Source: Candidatus Micrarchaeota archaeon
GTDB lineage: Archaea > B1Sed10-29 > JAJRYS01
Reading direction: 5' to 3'
Assembly (NCBI GenBank): GCA_964643685.1
Contig: CAZXTN010000002.1
Span: 1 to 27,968, forward strand
Length of the DNA stretch: 27,968 nucleotides
Positions 1 to 8,413 of the stretch are shown here, piece by piece. A model generated the notes under the pieces. It was not told the DNA's origin and made no database searches. It saw only the letters and a program-made list of their open reading frames with translations. The first letter of the stretch is position 1, and each line of letters begins with the position of its first letter. The position numbers were made by a program, and so were the translations under genes.

Positions 1-2
1 AA

Positions 3-80
3 AAAGAAGCAAGGAAGTTTAAGGTAAGCAGGAGAATTCGTGAAAAATTTGAAAAAGTCATAAGAATAAAAAAAGCGTGA
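3..80 (+). CDS. 3' end of an upstream gene truncated by the window edge (…KEARKFKVSRRIREKFEKVIRIKKA*)
   Basis: Open frame from the window start to TGA at 78-80 with typical Lys/Glu codon usage; product unknown. Confidence 0.45.
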   Translation, partial: KEARKFKVSRRIREKFEKVIRIKKA

Positions 81-151
81 TTGTGAAGCTCTTTTATTAG
101 CAATTTTTTCAACCATTAAGTTTTTATTCTTTTAATTCATTTGAGGATAAT

Positions 152-643
152 ATGGAGTTCAGGGAGTATTCTTCAACTGGAAAGAACTTAATTGAATTTG
201 GAATTATTTTTGTCTTCATTTGGATGTTTATTTACATTGGCTTAGTTATCAGCCCTTATTCTGGAAAACTTTGGCCTACTTTTCCTTTCCTTGCTTTTGG
301 AATTTTAAGCGTTTTGCTTGGATTGGCTTTGAAAAAGAGGCCTAGGGAAATTTCAAAAAAGTACATTAGTGGAATTGAAGAGCTTGGGTTAGCTGTGTTG
401 TTTTTTGAATTCATCCCTGCTTTGATTCTGCTGATTTCCCTGCTCCCTAAATTAACTTTTGAAATTGGATTCGGTTCTTTCACTGCCTTGCTTGTACCAA
501 TTGCTTTTTCATTATTTGCTTTTATTTTATACTGGAGAAAAGCAAATGGAAGCAATTACAAGTTAATCAAGTACTCTAAGTGGATTTTATTCCTTGCCAT
601 TTTAAGCCATTTAATGTGGGTTAACTTGCTTTCAGTTGTTTAA
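152..643 (+). CDS. Hypothetical multi-pass membrane protein (~5 TM)
   Basis: 163-aa ORF with repeated hydrophobic stretches; GAGG upstream. Confidence 0.75.
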   Translation: MEFREYSSTGKNLIEFGIIFVFIWMFIYIGLVISPYSGKLWPTFPFLAFGILSVLLGLALKKRPREISKKYISGIEELGLAVLFFEFIPALILLISLLPKLTFEIGFGSFTALLVPIAFSLFAFILYWRKANGSNYKLIKYSKWILFLAILSHLMWVNLLSVV

Positions 644-678
644 AAAAAAATAGGAGGTTTTTAAGTTTTCAATTAGTT

Positions 679-1185
679 TTATTTCTTAAGAATTTCTGCA
701 TCTTTTATTAACCCATTTTCATGCAATTCTTTTAATTCTTTAATTGTTAAGAAATAAAGATGTTCTTTTAAGTGTGCCTCTTTTCCTTTCTTTGTTAACT
801 TTACTCTTACATGTCCTATTACTCTATTTTCAGGAAAGGAGTCAATTTTTCTTGATTTGACTGCTGTTTTAACTGCTTTTTCTGCATTAACTAAACTTTT
901 CTCTTCTTTTAACCCTGGTATCATGCCTACTTCTTTAACTGCGCCGTATTTTTCAAACAGGTTTTCTGGTATTTCATTAACATATTCTGTTACAAGTTTT
1001 CCTGCATCTGTGTAATACTTGACATAATACCTTTTTTCCCCTACTCTTAGGCGTTTAGGTAATCTAAATGACCTTTTTTTTATCCTTTCAATGTATCTTT
1101 TATATCTCCTTTTATACCCCTTTAATCTTTCTTCATAATCAGAGGGGAGTGGTTTATTCGGTGGAATTTTTTTTCGTAATGCCAT
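679..1185 (-). CDS. Hypothetical basic (Lys/Arg-rich) protein
   Basis: 168-aa ORF, no recognisable motif. Confidence 0.7.
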   Translation of the reverse strand: MALRKKIPPNKPLPSDYEERLKGYKRRYKRYIERIKKRSFRLPKRLRVGEKRYYVKYYTDAGKLVTEYVNEIPENLFEKYGAVKEVGMIPGLKEEKSLVNAEKAVKTAVKSRKIDSFPENRVIGHVRVKLTKKGKEAHLKEHLYFLTIKELKELHENGLIKDAEILKK

Positions 1186-1340
1186 TAAATTTTTTTTTAT
1201 TTTTGCCTAAATTTAAATGTTTTTGTTTGAATCAAGAATAACCTGTTAATGAAAAGGTATTTATAAGGTTCTTGTTTTTATTTTGATTAACAATTTTTTG
1301 TTAAAAAAAATTAAAATAAAAAATCGGAGGTTGTTTTAAA

Positions 1341-1517
1341 ATGACTGAAATGTTAGTTGTACAAAGCAAAATTAAAGAAGAATTGAAAAAGCAGGGTGTT
1401 AATGTTGCAGGTGACTTTGCAGAAGCTTTAAGCAAGCATGTTGCTCATCATTTAAAAGAAGCAGCTGCAAGAGCAAAAGCAAACGGCAGAAAAACAGTAA
1501 GAGGATACGACATTTAA
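1341..1517 (+). CDS. Small histone-fold protein, truncated-alpha3 type (face-to-face/Bd0055-like), 58 aa; not in the ORF track
   Basis: Manual translation MTEMLVVQSKIKEELKKQGVNVAGDFAEALSKHVAHHLKEAAARAKANGRKTVRGYDI; L-V-V-x-S-K-I-K start and RAKANGRKTV-x-x-x-D end; GGAGG at 1326-1330; TTTATAA at ~1260. Confidence 0.88.
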   Translation: MTEMLVVQSKIKEELKKQGVNVAGDFAEALSKHVAHHLKEAAARAKANGRKTVRGYDI

Positions 1518-1621
1518 AAACCAAGCTTTGACTTTTTTTAAAAGAAAGAGGACTTTATGTCCTCTGTCAATCCAATCGGTTTACAAGAGCCTTTGCTCGC
1601 GTAAACTTCAGACGGCCCTTG

Positions 1622-1656
1622 GGTAGGAAAACAGTAGGAAGCTACGACATTTAAAA
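1622..1656 (+). repeat. Degenerate direct copy of the histone gene 3' end (1485-1519)
   Basis: ggtaggaaaacagtaggaagctacgacatttaaaa vs ggcagaaaaacagtaagaggatacgacatttaaaa, 30/35 identical. Confidence 0.85.
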
Positions 1657-1758
1657 CACTATTTCTAAAAACCAATTTCAAATTTTAAAAGACGGCTTTA
1701 CGCCTTCTAATAATTTAATTTATTTTTGCAATTGGCTTTGTTTTTTTGAAAAAAATTA

Positions 1759-1830
1759 AAAAGCCTCAGGCCGGGTTTGAACCGAACCGCGGGGGGACAC
1801 ATTCCCCCCTCAGTTCCAGGGTCCTCCTGA
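1759..1830 (-). repeat. Duplicated 3' part of tRNA-Thr carrying a GC-rich hairpin insertion
   Basis: 1759-1784 is identical (26 nt) to 1861-1886; hairpin at 1784-1816; CAGGAGGAC resembles tRNA CAGGAGGTC. Confidence 0.85.
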
Positions 1831-1863
1831 TCCCCCTTTGTTAACTTGCTCATTTTTAATAAA

Positions 1864-1969
1864 AGCCTCAGGCCGGGTTTGAACCGGCGACCTCCTGTTT
1901 ACGAGACAGGCGCACTGCCACTTCACCTACCTTGAATTTTTTTTCAACAATAGACTGTGCTACTGAGGC
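1864..1969 (-). tRNA. tRNA-Thr(CGT) with a 34-nt D-loop intron at 15/16 (1921-1954)
   Basis: GCCTCAG/CTGAGGC acceptor, GCAC/GTGC D-stem, CCTGT-CT-CGT-AA-ACAGG, GCCGG-TTCAAAC-CCGGC, U73; removing the intron gives a 72-nt cloverleaf; relaxed BHB. Confidence 0.93.
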
Positions 1970-2015
1970 TTTTTCAATTCAATTTATATACACTGCAATA
2001 TTTAAAAATAAATCA

Positions 2016-2933
2016 ATGGTAATTCAAGTTATTTTTTTGTTCATAATAGGGCTCTTGTTTCTTTTAAAAGGAGCTGAGAAGTTAATTGATTCTTCAATAA
2101 AGATAGCAAGGCATTTTGGCATAAGCGAGTTAGTTATTGGCTTGACTTTAATTAGTTTTGGAACTTCTTTACCTGAATTTGCAATCGGAACAATTTCAGC
2201 TTTGCAAGGAGAGCCTGTAATTTCAATTGCTAATGTAATTGGAAGCAACATTTATAACTTACTGGTTTTAACTGCTTTGATTGGTTTTGTCACTACTTAT
2301 CATTTCAAGACAATTAACATTCTACAAAGGGATATTGTCTGGTTGTTGTTAACTGCAATTTGGCTTACTGCTGTTGCTTTTAATGGAACAATTTCAGTTG
2401 GTGTTGGCGTGCTGTTTATCAGCTCTTATTTAATTTATATTTATTACTTATACGACACTGGGGAGAAAGTCAAAACAAGAAAAAGAGATGGTGTTACTTG
2501 GAAAACTTACTTAGCTCTTGCAGTGAGCATTATCTTAATTTATTTAGGCGCAGAGTTAACAGTAACAAATGCAATTGAACTTGCTAAACTGCTTCATATA
2601 AGTGAGTGGGCAATATCAGCTGGTTTAATAGGAGCTGGAACAGGATTGCCTGAAACAGCAACAGCAGTTGTTGCTTTGAGAAAAAAGAAGCTGAAAATAG
2701 GAGTAGGTAATTTAATAGGAAGCAACATATTCAACATATTAATTGTTGCAGGAGTAACCAGCTTAATAACTCCAATGCAAGTTGATTTTGCAAGCCATTT
2801 TTACAGCTTCTTTTTCTTAATGATTTCATCTGTATTAATTGCATTAATTGCAATAAGAGGAAGTATTAGGAAAAAAACAGCCATGGTTTCAATAACTTTA
2901 TACTTGATTTACTTATGGCTGTTATTCAAATAA
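2016..2933 (+). CDS. Na+/Ca2+ (cation:Ca2+) exchanger, YrbG/CaCA family
   Basis: Two alpha-repeats, GTSLPE…GSNIYN and GTGLPE…GSNIFN, ~10 TM; start moved to ATG 2016 because the longer ORF overlaps tRNA-Thr. Confidence 0.92.
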   Translation: MVIQVIFLFIIGLLFLLKGAEKLIDSSIKIARHFGISELVIGLTLISFGTSLPEFAIGTISALQGEPVISIANVIGSNIYNLLVLTALIGFVTTYHFKTINILQRDIVWLLLTAIWLTAVAFNGTISVGVGVLFISSYLIYIYYLYDTGEKVKTRKRDGVTWKTYLALAVSIILIYLGAELTVTNAIELAKLLHISEWAISAGLIGAGTGLPETATAVVALRKKKLKIGVGNLIGSNIFNILIVAGVTSLITPMQVDFASHFYSFFFLMISSVLIALIAIRGSIRKKTAMVSITLYLIYLWLLFK

Positions 2934-2942
2934 GGTAATGAA

Positions 2943-3302
2943 ATGAGAGTTAAAGTTTTGTCAATCAGGCAGCCTTATGTTGAGTGGATTGTAAGCGGTA
3001 AAAAGAAGATTGAACTTAGGACTTGGAACACTAACTTCAGGGGAGAGTTTTTCATCCACGCAAGCGGAAAACATGACAAGCTTCCAACTGGCGTAATAAT
3101 TGGAAAAGCAGAATTAGTTGACGTTAAAAAATACGAAAATGAAGAGGAGTTCTTGAAAGACAAGAAAAAGCATTTGTCTAATAAATGGCTTTCGCCTGGT
3201 TCAAAACGCCCCTCGCAATACGGCTTTGTTTTAAAAAACGCGCAGAAAATAAAGCCGATTAAGGTAAAGGGAAAACTTGGCTTCTGGAATTACGAATTAT
3301 AA
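2943..3302 (+). CDS. ASCH domain protein
   Basis: LSIRQPY…I-x-SGKK-x-IELR-x-W…RG-x-x-x-IHAS, G-x-IIG, C-terminal KGKLGFW. Confidence 0.9.
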   Translation: MRVKVLSIRQPYVEWIVSGKKKIELRTWNTNFRGEFFIHASGKHDKLPTGVIIGKAELVDVKKYENEEEFLKDKKKHLSNKWLSPGSKRPSQYGFVLKNAQKIKPIKVKGKLGFWNYEL

Positions 3303-3325
3303 AATTATTTTTAAAAAGAAGTAAG

Positions 3326-3539
3326 CGCTGGCGGCAGGATTTTCATGAAGAGTTGCGCTAACCCGTTAAAAGGCGATTAAGCGAAGCGCACATCGCCTGC
3401 AGGGATAGAAGGGGCGCAGCCCCCTCTTTTTGAACCTGCGAGTCCAATGGACAGCGGTTTTCGAGACCGCCGCATTAACCATTGCAGCCGAAGCCCTAAA
3501 CAGTTGATTTGTTTGGGCTGGGGACTCTGCCACGCCAGC
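3326..3539 (-). tRNA. tRNA-Ser(CGA) with two non-canonical introns: 15/16 (3482-3524, 43 nt) and 59/60 (3340-3428, 89 nt)
   Basis: GCTGGCG/CGCCAGC acceptor, G73, GCGGT-CT-CGA-AA-ACCGC, long variable arm GTCC-ATT-GGAC; central helices GCAG/CTGC and TTCA/TGAA with AA^T 3' bulges; spliced length 82 nt. Confidence 0.92.
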
Positions 3540-3661
3540 ATTTCACAATCAATTGAAGCAGTTTGTGAATAATAATGTATTTATAGATGCGTATTCATAA
3601 AAATTAATGCCAATAATTCTATTTTAAGTTAATAAAAGTTGAAAAGTAGGTGAATTCCAAT

Positions 3662-4846
3662 ATGAAAAGCTTGATTAAAAACGCGATAAGTGAAAGCAAA
3701 CATGGCTTCACAGGAACAGGTAAAAATCTGATTATTGCAGATGACGATGCTCATAAAACAGTCAGGAAAAAAACTGTTGAAATAAAGCAAAGCAGTATCG
3801 GAGGAATGACTGACGAGGAATTAAAAGCTGCTTTGGAACAATCAATGGCAAAAGTAAGAGTAGTTGGAGCAGGAGGATCAGGAAACAACACAATGAAAAG
3901 AATGAAAGAAGTTGGAATTCACGGAGCAGAATTAATTGCAATTAACACTGACGTTCAACACTTACTGATAACACCAGCTGACAAAAAAGTTTTGATAGGA
4001 AAGCAAATAACAAACGGATTAGGAGCAGGAAGCAATCCAGAAGTAGGTGAAGCAGCTGCCAAAGAAAGCTTGAAAGACTTGTCAGCAGTTCTCACAGACA
4101 GCGACTTGGTTTTCGTAACATGCGGTATGGGTGGTGGAACAGGAACAGGCTCAGCTCCAATAGTTGCGCAAGTTGCAAGAGACATCGGCGCTTTAAGCGT
4201 TGGAATAGTCACGCTGCCATTCTCAGTTGAAGGAAAAAGAAGAATGCAAAACGCATTAACAGGACTAAGAAAATTAAAAAAAGAATGCGATACAGTAATA
4301 GTAATACCAAATGACAAGCTGCTTGAAATCGTACCTGAACTGCCTTTAAACGCTGCTTTCAAAGTAGCTGACGAAGTGCTTACAAACGCAGTGAAAGGAA
4401 TCACTGAATTAATCACAAAGCCAGGTTTAGTGAACCTTGACTTTGCTGATGTAAAAACAATTTTAAGCGAAGGTGGCTCTGCAATGATTGGACTTGGCGA
4501 GTCAAGCAATACAAGTTCAAGCGAGTCAAGGGCAATGGAAGCAGTAGAAGAAGCATTAAACTCTCCACTATTAGACGTTGACATAAGCGAAGCAAACAAA
4601 GCATTAATTAATGTTGTCGGCGGAAGCGACATGACCCTAAGAGAAGCTGAAATAATTTGTGAAGCAGTTGCAGCTAAAATCAGCGACAATGCCCACATTA
4701 TTTGGGGAGCAATGATCGATGACTCTCTTCCAAAAAACAGCATCAATGCAATGGTGCTCGTTGCAGGTGGAAGAATCCCTTACCTTGACATGGACAAAGG
4801 TGAAATGAAATCAGCTGCAGACGAGCTTGAAATAGACTACATTTAA
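3662..4846 (+). CDS. ftsZ: Cell division protein FtsZ
   Basis: GAGGSGNN, AINTD, GMGGGTGTG tubulin signature, NLDFADV; AGGTGA before ATG 3662; archaeal ftsZ-secE-spt5 order. Confidence 0.97.
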   Translation: MKSLIKNAISESKHGFTGTGKNLIIADDDAHKTVRKKTVEIKQSSIGGMTDEELKAALEQSMAKVRVVGAGGSGNNTMKRMKEVGIHGAELIAINTDVQHLLITPADKKVLIGKQITNGLGAGSNPEVGEAAAKESLKDLSAVLTDSDLVFVTCGMGGGTGTGSAPIVAQVARDIGALSVGIVTLPFSVEGKRRMQNALTGLRKLKKECDTVIVIPNDKLLEIVPELPLNAAFKVADEVLTNAVKGITELITKPGLVNLDFADVKTILSEGGSAMIGLGESSNTSSSESRAMEAVEEALNSPLLDVDISEANKALINVVGGSDMTLREAEIICEAVAAKISDNAHIIWGAMIDDSLPKNSINAMVLVAGGRIPYLDMDKGEMKSAADELEIDYI

Positions 4847-4856
4847 ACCTGTTTTA

Positions 4857-4941
4857 AAACCAAAAGGCATTGAAACATATGCCTTTTTATATTGGTTTAT
4901 TGACAAATAATTCAATTAATGCTTAATTTTAAAAGCATTAA
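4857..4941 (+). terminator. Hairpins after ftsZ (possible terminator or processing signal)
   Basis: aaggcat/atgcctt followed by a T-run, enclosed by aaaccaa/ttggttt; second inverted repeat ttaatgctt/aagcattaa. Confidence 0.4.
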
Positions 4942-5024
4942 CAAAAAAGTATTCTTTGAAATGAAAATCAATCGCGACTGCGTCGCTCAAACTTTTCATT
5001 TTACCTGTGAGGGAATGTGAAAAA

Positions 5025-5198
5025 ATGAAAATCAAATTCAACGCAAAGCAGTACATGCAAAAAGTAATAAGAGTATTAAGACTTACAACAAAGCCAGAGA
5101 AAAAAGAATTCTGGGACGTTGCAAAAATAACAGCACTTGGAATGATAATAATAGGCCTAGTTGGCTACGTAATAGAATCATTAAAATACTTATTATAA
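5025..5198 (+). CDS. secE: Protein translocase subunit SecE / Sec61-gamma
   Basis: RVLRLTTKP-x-x-x-EF…KITALG-x-x-IIG-x-VGY; conserved position between ftsZ and spt5. Confidence 0.93.
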   Translation: MKIKFNAKQYMQKVIRVLRLTTKPEKKEFWDVAKITALGMIIIGLVGYVIESLKYLL

Positions 5199-5227
5199 AA
5201 AACAAGGAATTAAAGAGGTTTTAAAAA

Positions 5228-5683
5228 ATGTTATATGGTGTAAAAACAACAATTGGGCAAGAAAAAATAATATCAGACCTATTGCTACACAAGCAAAAAC
5301 AAGAAAATAACCAAATATACAGCATATCAATACTTGACAACCTAAGAGGATACATCTTAGTAGAAGCTGATGAAGAAACAGAAGTCAGAAAACTAATATA
5401 CAAAGTTCCACATATAAGAGGCATAGTTAAAGGAGCAATAAAAATAGAAGAAGTAAAACACTTCCTAGAATCAAAGCCAATGACAGCAGAAATAGAAAGA
5501 GGAATGGTCGTAGAAATAACATCAGGTGCATTCAAAGGAGAAAAAGCAAAAGTAATAAGAGTAGACGAAAACAAAGACAAGATAACAGTCGAAATAATAG
5601 AAGCAGCAGTGCCAATACCAATAACAGTAAACGCTTCAAACATAAGAGTAGTGACAGACGTGACAGACGTCAAAAAAGAATGA
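5228..5683 (+). CDS. spt5: Transcription elongation factor Spt5 (NusG)
   Basis: NGN domain (TT-x-GQE, LRGYILVEA) plus KOW domain (VEITSGAFKGEKAKV); synteny. Confidence 0.95.
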   Translation: MLYGVKTTIGQEKIISDLLLHKQKQENNQIYSISILDNLRGYILVEADEETEVRKLIYKVPHIRGIVKGAIKIEEVKHFLESKPMTAEIERGMVVEITSGAFKGEKAKVIRVDENKDKITVEIIEAAVPIPITVNASNIRVVTDVTDVKKE

Positions 5684-5706
5684 AAAAAACAGAGAGGTAA
5701 TTGAAA

Positions 5707-6306
5707 ATGAGCGAACAAACAATAAGCGCATTAGTAGAAGGAGGAAAAGCAACAGCAGGACCACCACTCGGACCAGCACTAGGGCCACTTGGAATAAACG
5801 CTGGAAAAGTAGTTGCTGAAATCAACGAAAAAACAAAAGCATTCGCAGGAATAACAGTTCCAGTAAAAGTAATAGTCAACACTTCAGACAAAACATACAC
5901 AATAGAAGTAGGCACTCCATCAGTCGCTTCCCTAATAAAAAAAGAACTAGGAATACAAAAAGGAAGCGGAAAAGCAGCTGAACAAAAAGTAGGAAACATA
6001 ACAATAGACCAGATAATAAAAATAGCAAGGTCAAAAAAAGACGCTCTCCTAGCCAAGACAGACAAAGCAGCTGTAAAAGAAGTTATAGGAGCCTGCGTGC
6101 CAATGGGCGTGCTAGTCAACGAAAAATCCCCACAAGAAGTCATCAAAGAAGTTGATGAAGGCAAGTATGACAACAAAATCAATGGAAAAGAATCATTAAA
6201 AATGCCTACGCCAGAAGAACTGGCTGAAATGAGAAAAAAATACGCCGTTGTCGAGAAAAAAGAAGAAGAAACAAAAGGCAAAGGAAAAGGAAAAAAGAAA
6301 AAATAA
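5707..6306 (+). CDS. rpl11: 50S ribosomal protein uL11 with a Lys/Glu-rich C-terminal extension
   Basis: LVEGGKATAGPPLGPALGPLG, VPVKV, KEVIG-x-C-x-x-MGV. Confidence 0.96.
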   Translation: MSEQTISALVEGGKATAGPPLGPALGPLGINAGKVVAEINEKTKAFAGITVPVKVIVNTSDKTYTIEVGTPSVASLIKKELGIQKGSGKAAEQKVGNITIDQIIKIARSKKDALLAKTDKAAVKEVIGACVPMGVLVNEKSPQEVIKEVDEGKYDNKINGKESLKMPTPEELAEMRKKYAVVEKKEEETKGKGKGKKKK

Positions 6307-6342
6307 AAACCACCACAGCTTTGCCTGAAACAAAGGCAAAGC

Positions 6343-6350
6343 TTTATAAA
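6343..6350 (+). promoter_or_regulatory. Putative TATA box for rpl1-rpl10-rpl12
   Basis: TTTATAAA preceded by purine-rich BRE-like sequence in the 187-nt gap between rpl11 and rpl1. Confidence 0.5.
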
Positions 6351-6493
6351 CAATAGTAGTGAAAATAATTAATGCTCCCGCAACAACTAATTCAATTTTG
6401 AATTAGAAGGGAAATTCTAAAAAAATCAGCAATAAAAAAACAAGCCAAAAAAAGTTAGTTGTTCAAAAACTGCTTTAAACAAATTGATGCAAA

Positions 6494-7138
6494 ATGAATT
6501 TAAAACAAGCAATTGAAAAAGCAAAATCAGATTCAAAGAAAAGAAACTTCATACAATCACTAGAGCTAATCGTTAATTTCAAAAAAGTCGACTTTAAAAA
6601 GCCAGAAAACAGAATCAATGTGACAGCTGTTCTTCCAAAAGGAAGAGGCAAAAAGATAAAAGTAGCTGCAATAGTCGGCGACGAGCTGATGGTAGAAGCA
6701 AAGAAATACGCTGACAAAGTAATAACAAAAGAGGAACTAGCAACACTTGCTAAAAACAAAAAAGAAGCAAAAAGAATAGCAAAAAAATACGATTTCTTCA
6801 TAGCGCAAACAGACTTAATGGCAGAAGTAGGTAAAGTTCTCGGACAAATACTAGGTCCAAAAGGAAAAATGCCGAGGCCAGTTCCACCAACAGCAAAGCT
6901 AGGTGCTATGCTTGAATCAATGCAAAAAAACGTTTTAATTAAAATGAAAGGAAAGTTCCTTCCAACAGTACAATCTGTTATTGGAACAGAAGAAATGAGC
7001 GTAGATGACTTACACGCCAATGCTTCAAGCGTATTGGAAGCAATTAAAAACAAGCTGCCTAACAGGGAAGGAAACATAAAATCAGTTTACGTCAAAACAA
7101 CAATGGGAAAAAGCATCAAAGTAGATGAATTAAAATAA
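6494..7138 (+). CDS. rpl1: 50S ribosomal protein uL1
   Basis: KRNF-x-QS-x-ELIVN, LGPKGKMP-x-P, SVYVKTTMG. Confidence 0.97.
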   Translation: MNLKQAIEKAKSDSKKRNFIQSLELIVNFKKVDFKKPENRINVTAVLPKGRGKKIKVAAIVGDELMVEAKKYADKVITKEELATLAKNKKEAKRIAKKYDFFIAQTDLMAEVGKVLGQILGPKGKMPRPVPPTAKLGAMLESMQKNVLIKMKGKFLPTVQSVIGTEEMSVDDLHANASSVLEAIKNKLPNREGNIKSVYVKTTMGKSIKVDELK

Positions 7139-7148
7139 AAAAAAGTGA

Positions 7149-8021
7149 ATGTTTATGCATGACAAGAATTACGTGCCAGAAGCGAAGAAAAAAGAAGTAG
7201 AAAAATTGGAAAAAATTCTCAACGATAATGATATAATTGGAATCATTGACTTGGAAAAACTTCCATCATCTCAATTCCAAGCAATAAAGAAAAAGCTCAG
7301 AGGCACAGCTGAAGTAAAAGTAACAAGAAGCATGTACATTAGAAGAGCGCTTGAAAAAGTAAAAGATGAAAAAAAGAAAAAATTACTGGACTACGTAAAA
7401 GGACCAGTAGGATTAATATTCACAAAAGAAAACCCATTCAAGTTATACAAGTTCCTGAAAAACAACAGAAGCAAAGCATTTGCAAAACCAGGGCAAATAG
7501 CTGAAAAAGACTTGGTTGTTCCAGCTGGAGAAACAGACTTGCCAGTAGGACCAGCTTTGTCTGAATTGAAAATGGCTGGAGTCAACTGTAAAATAGACAA
7601 AGGAAAAATAGCAGTAATCAAAGACTCAATACTTACAAAAAAAGGAGAAAAAGTAACAGAACAAGTCGCAGCAGCATTGTCAAAATTAGGAATCAAGCCA
7701 ATGGAAATTGGAATCACATTAAAAGCAGTTTACGAAGAAGGAGTAGTATACACTCCTGACGTGCTTGACATAAACGAAGAAGAATTCATGCAAAACTTAC
7801 AAAATGCTTACATGTCAGCAGTCAACTTAGCAGTAAACGCAGGATACCCAACAAAACAAACAATTGAATTAATGCTACAAAAAGCATTCACAGAAGCAAG
7901 AAACCTTGCAGTGAACGCTGATATAATGACAAAAGAAACCAGCGAATTAATACTCGCAAAAGCATTCAACAAAATGAATGCGTTAAAAACAACCTTGCAA
8001 AGCAAGGGTTATGCTAACTAA
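7149..8021 (+). CDS. rpl10: 50S ribosomal protein uL10 (P0)
   Basis: NPFKLY, AKPG-x-IA-x-x-D-x-VVPAG-x-T, LGIKPMEIG; synteny. Confidence 0.96.
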   Translation: MFMHDKNYVPEAKKKEVEKLEKILNDNDIIGIIDLEKLPSSQFQAIKKKLRGTAEVKVTRSMYIRRALEKVKDEKKKKLLDYVKGPVGLIFTKENPFKLYKFLKNNRSKAFAKPGQIAEKDLVVPAGETDLPVGPALSELKMAGVNCKIDKGKIAVIKDSILTKKGEKVTEQVAAALSKLGIKPMEIGITLKAVYEEGVVYTPDVLDINEEEFMQNLQNAYMSAVNLAVNAGYPTKQTIELMLQKAFTEARNLAVNADIMTKETSELILAKAFNKMNALKTTLQSKGYAN

Positions 8022-8036
8022 ACGGAGGTTAAGAAA

Positions 8037-8342
8037 ATGGAGTATGTCTATGCAGCTTTGTTACTTCACTCAGCAGGAAAAGAGATAACAGAAGATGCTG
8101 TGAAAAAAGTAATAGAAGCAACTGGAGAAAAAGCAGACGAAGCAAAAGTAAAAGCTTTAGTAGCTTCATTAGAAGGAGTAAACATCGAAGAAGCAACAAA
8201 AGCAGCAGTTGCAGTAGCAGCACCAGCAGCCGCAGCAGCACCAGCAGCAAGCGGTGAAGAAAAGAAAGAAGAAAAGCCAGCTGAGGAAGAAAAGAAATCA
8301 GAAGAAGAAGCAGCAGGTGGACTAGCTGACTTATTCGGCTAA
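8037..8342 (+). CDS. rpl12: 50S ribosomal stalk protein P1 (aL12)
   Basis: [11 protein letters not shown], Ala-rich hinge, acidic tail ending GLADLFG. Confidence 0.97.
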   Translation: MEYVYAALLLHSAGKEITEDAVKKVIEATGEKADEAKVKALVASLEGVNIEEATKAAVAVAAPAAAAAPAASGEEKKEEKPAEEEKKSEEEAAGGLADLFG

Positions 8343-8413
8343 AACCCTTAACTTTTTAAACCCTTTATTAGTTACTTTAAAAGTAACTGAAAAAAATTAG
8401 TTGAGGTGTTTAA

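Noticed and set aside
1932-2015. N-terminal extension of the Na+/Ca2+ exchanger
   Set aside because: It overlaps tRNA-Thr and its promoter; ATG 2016 gives a normal family start
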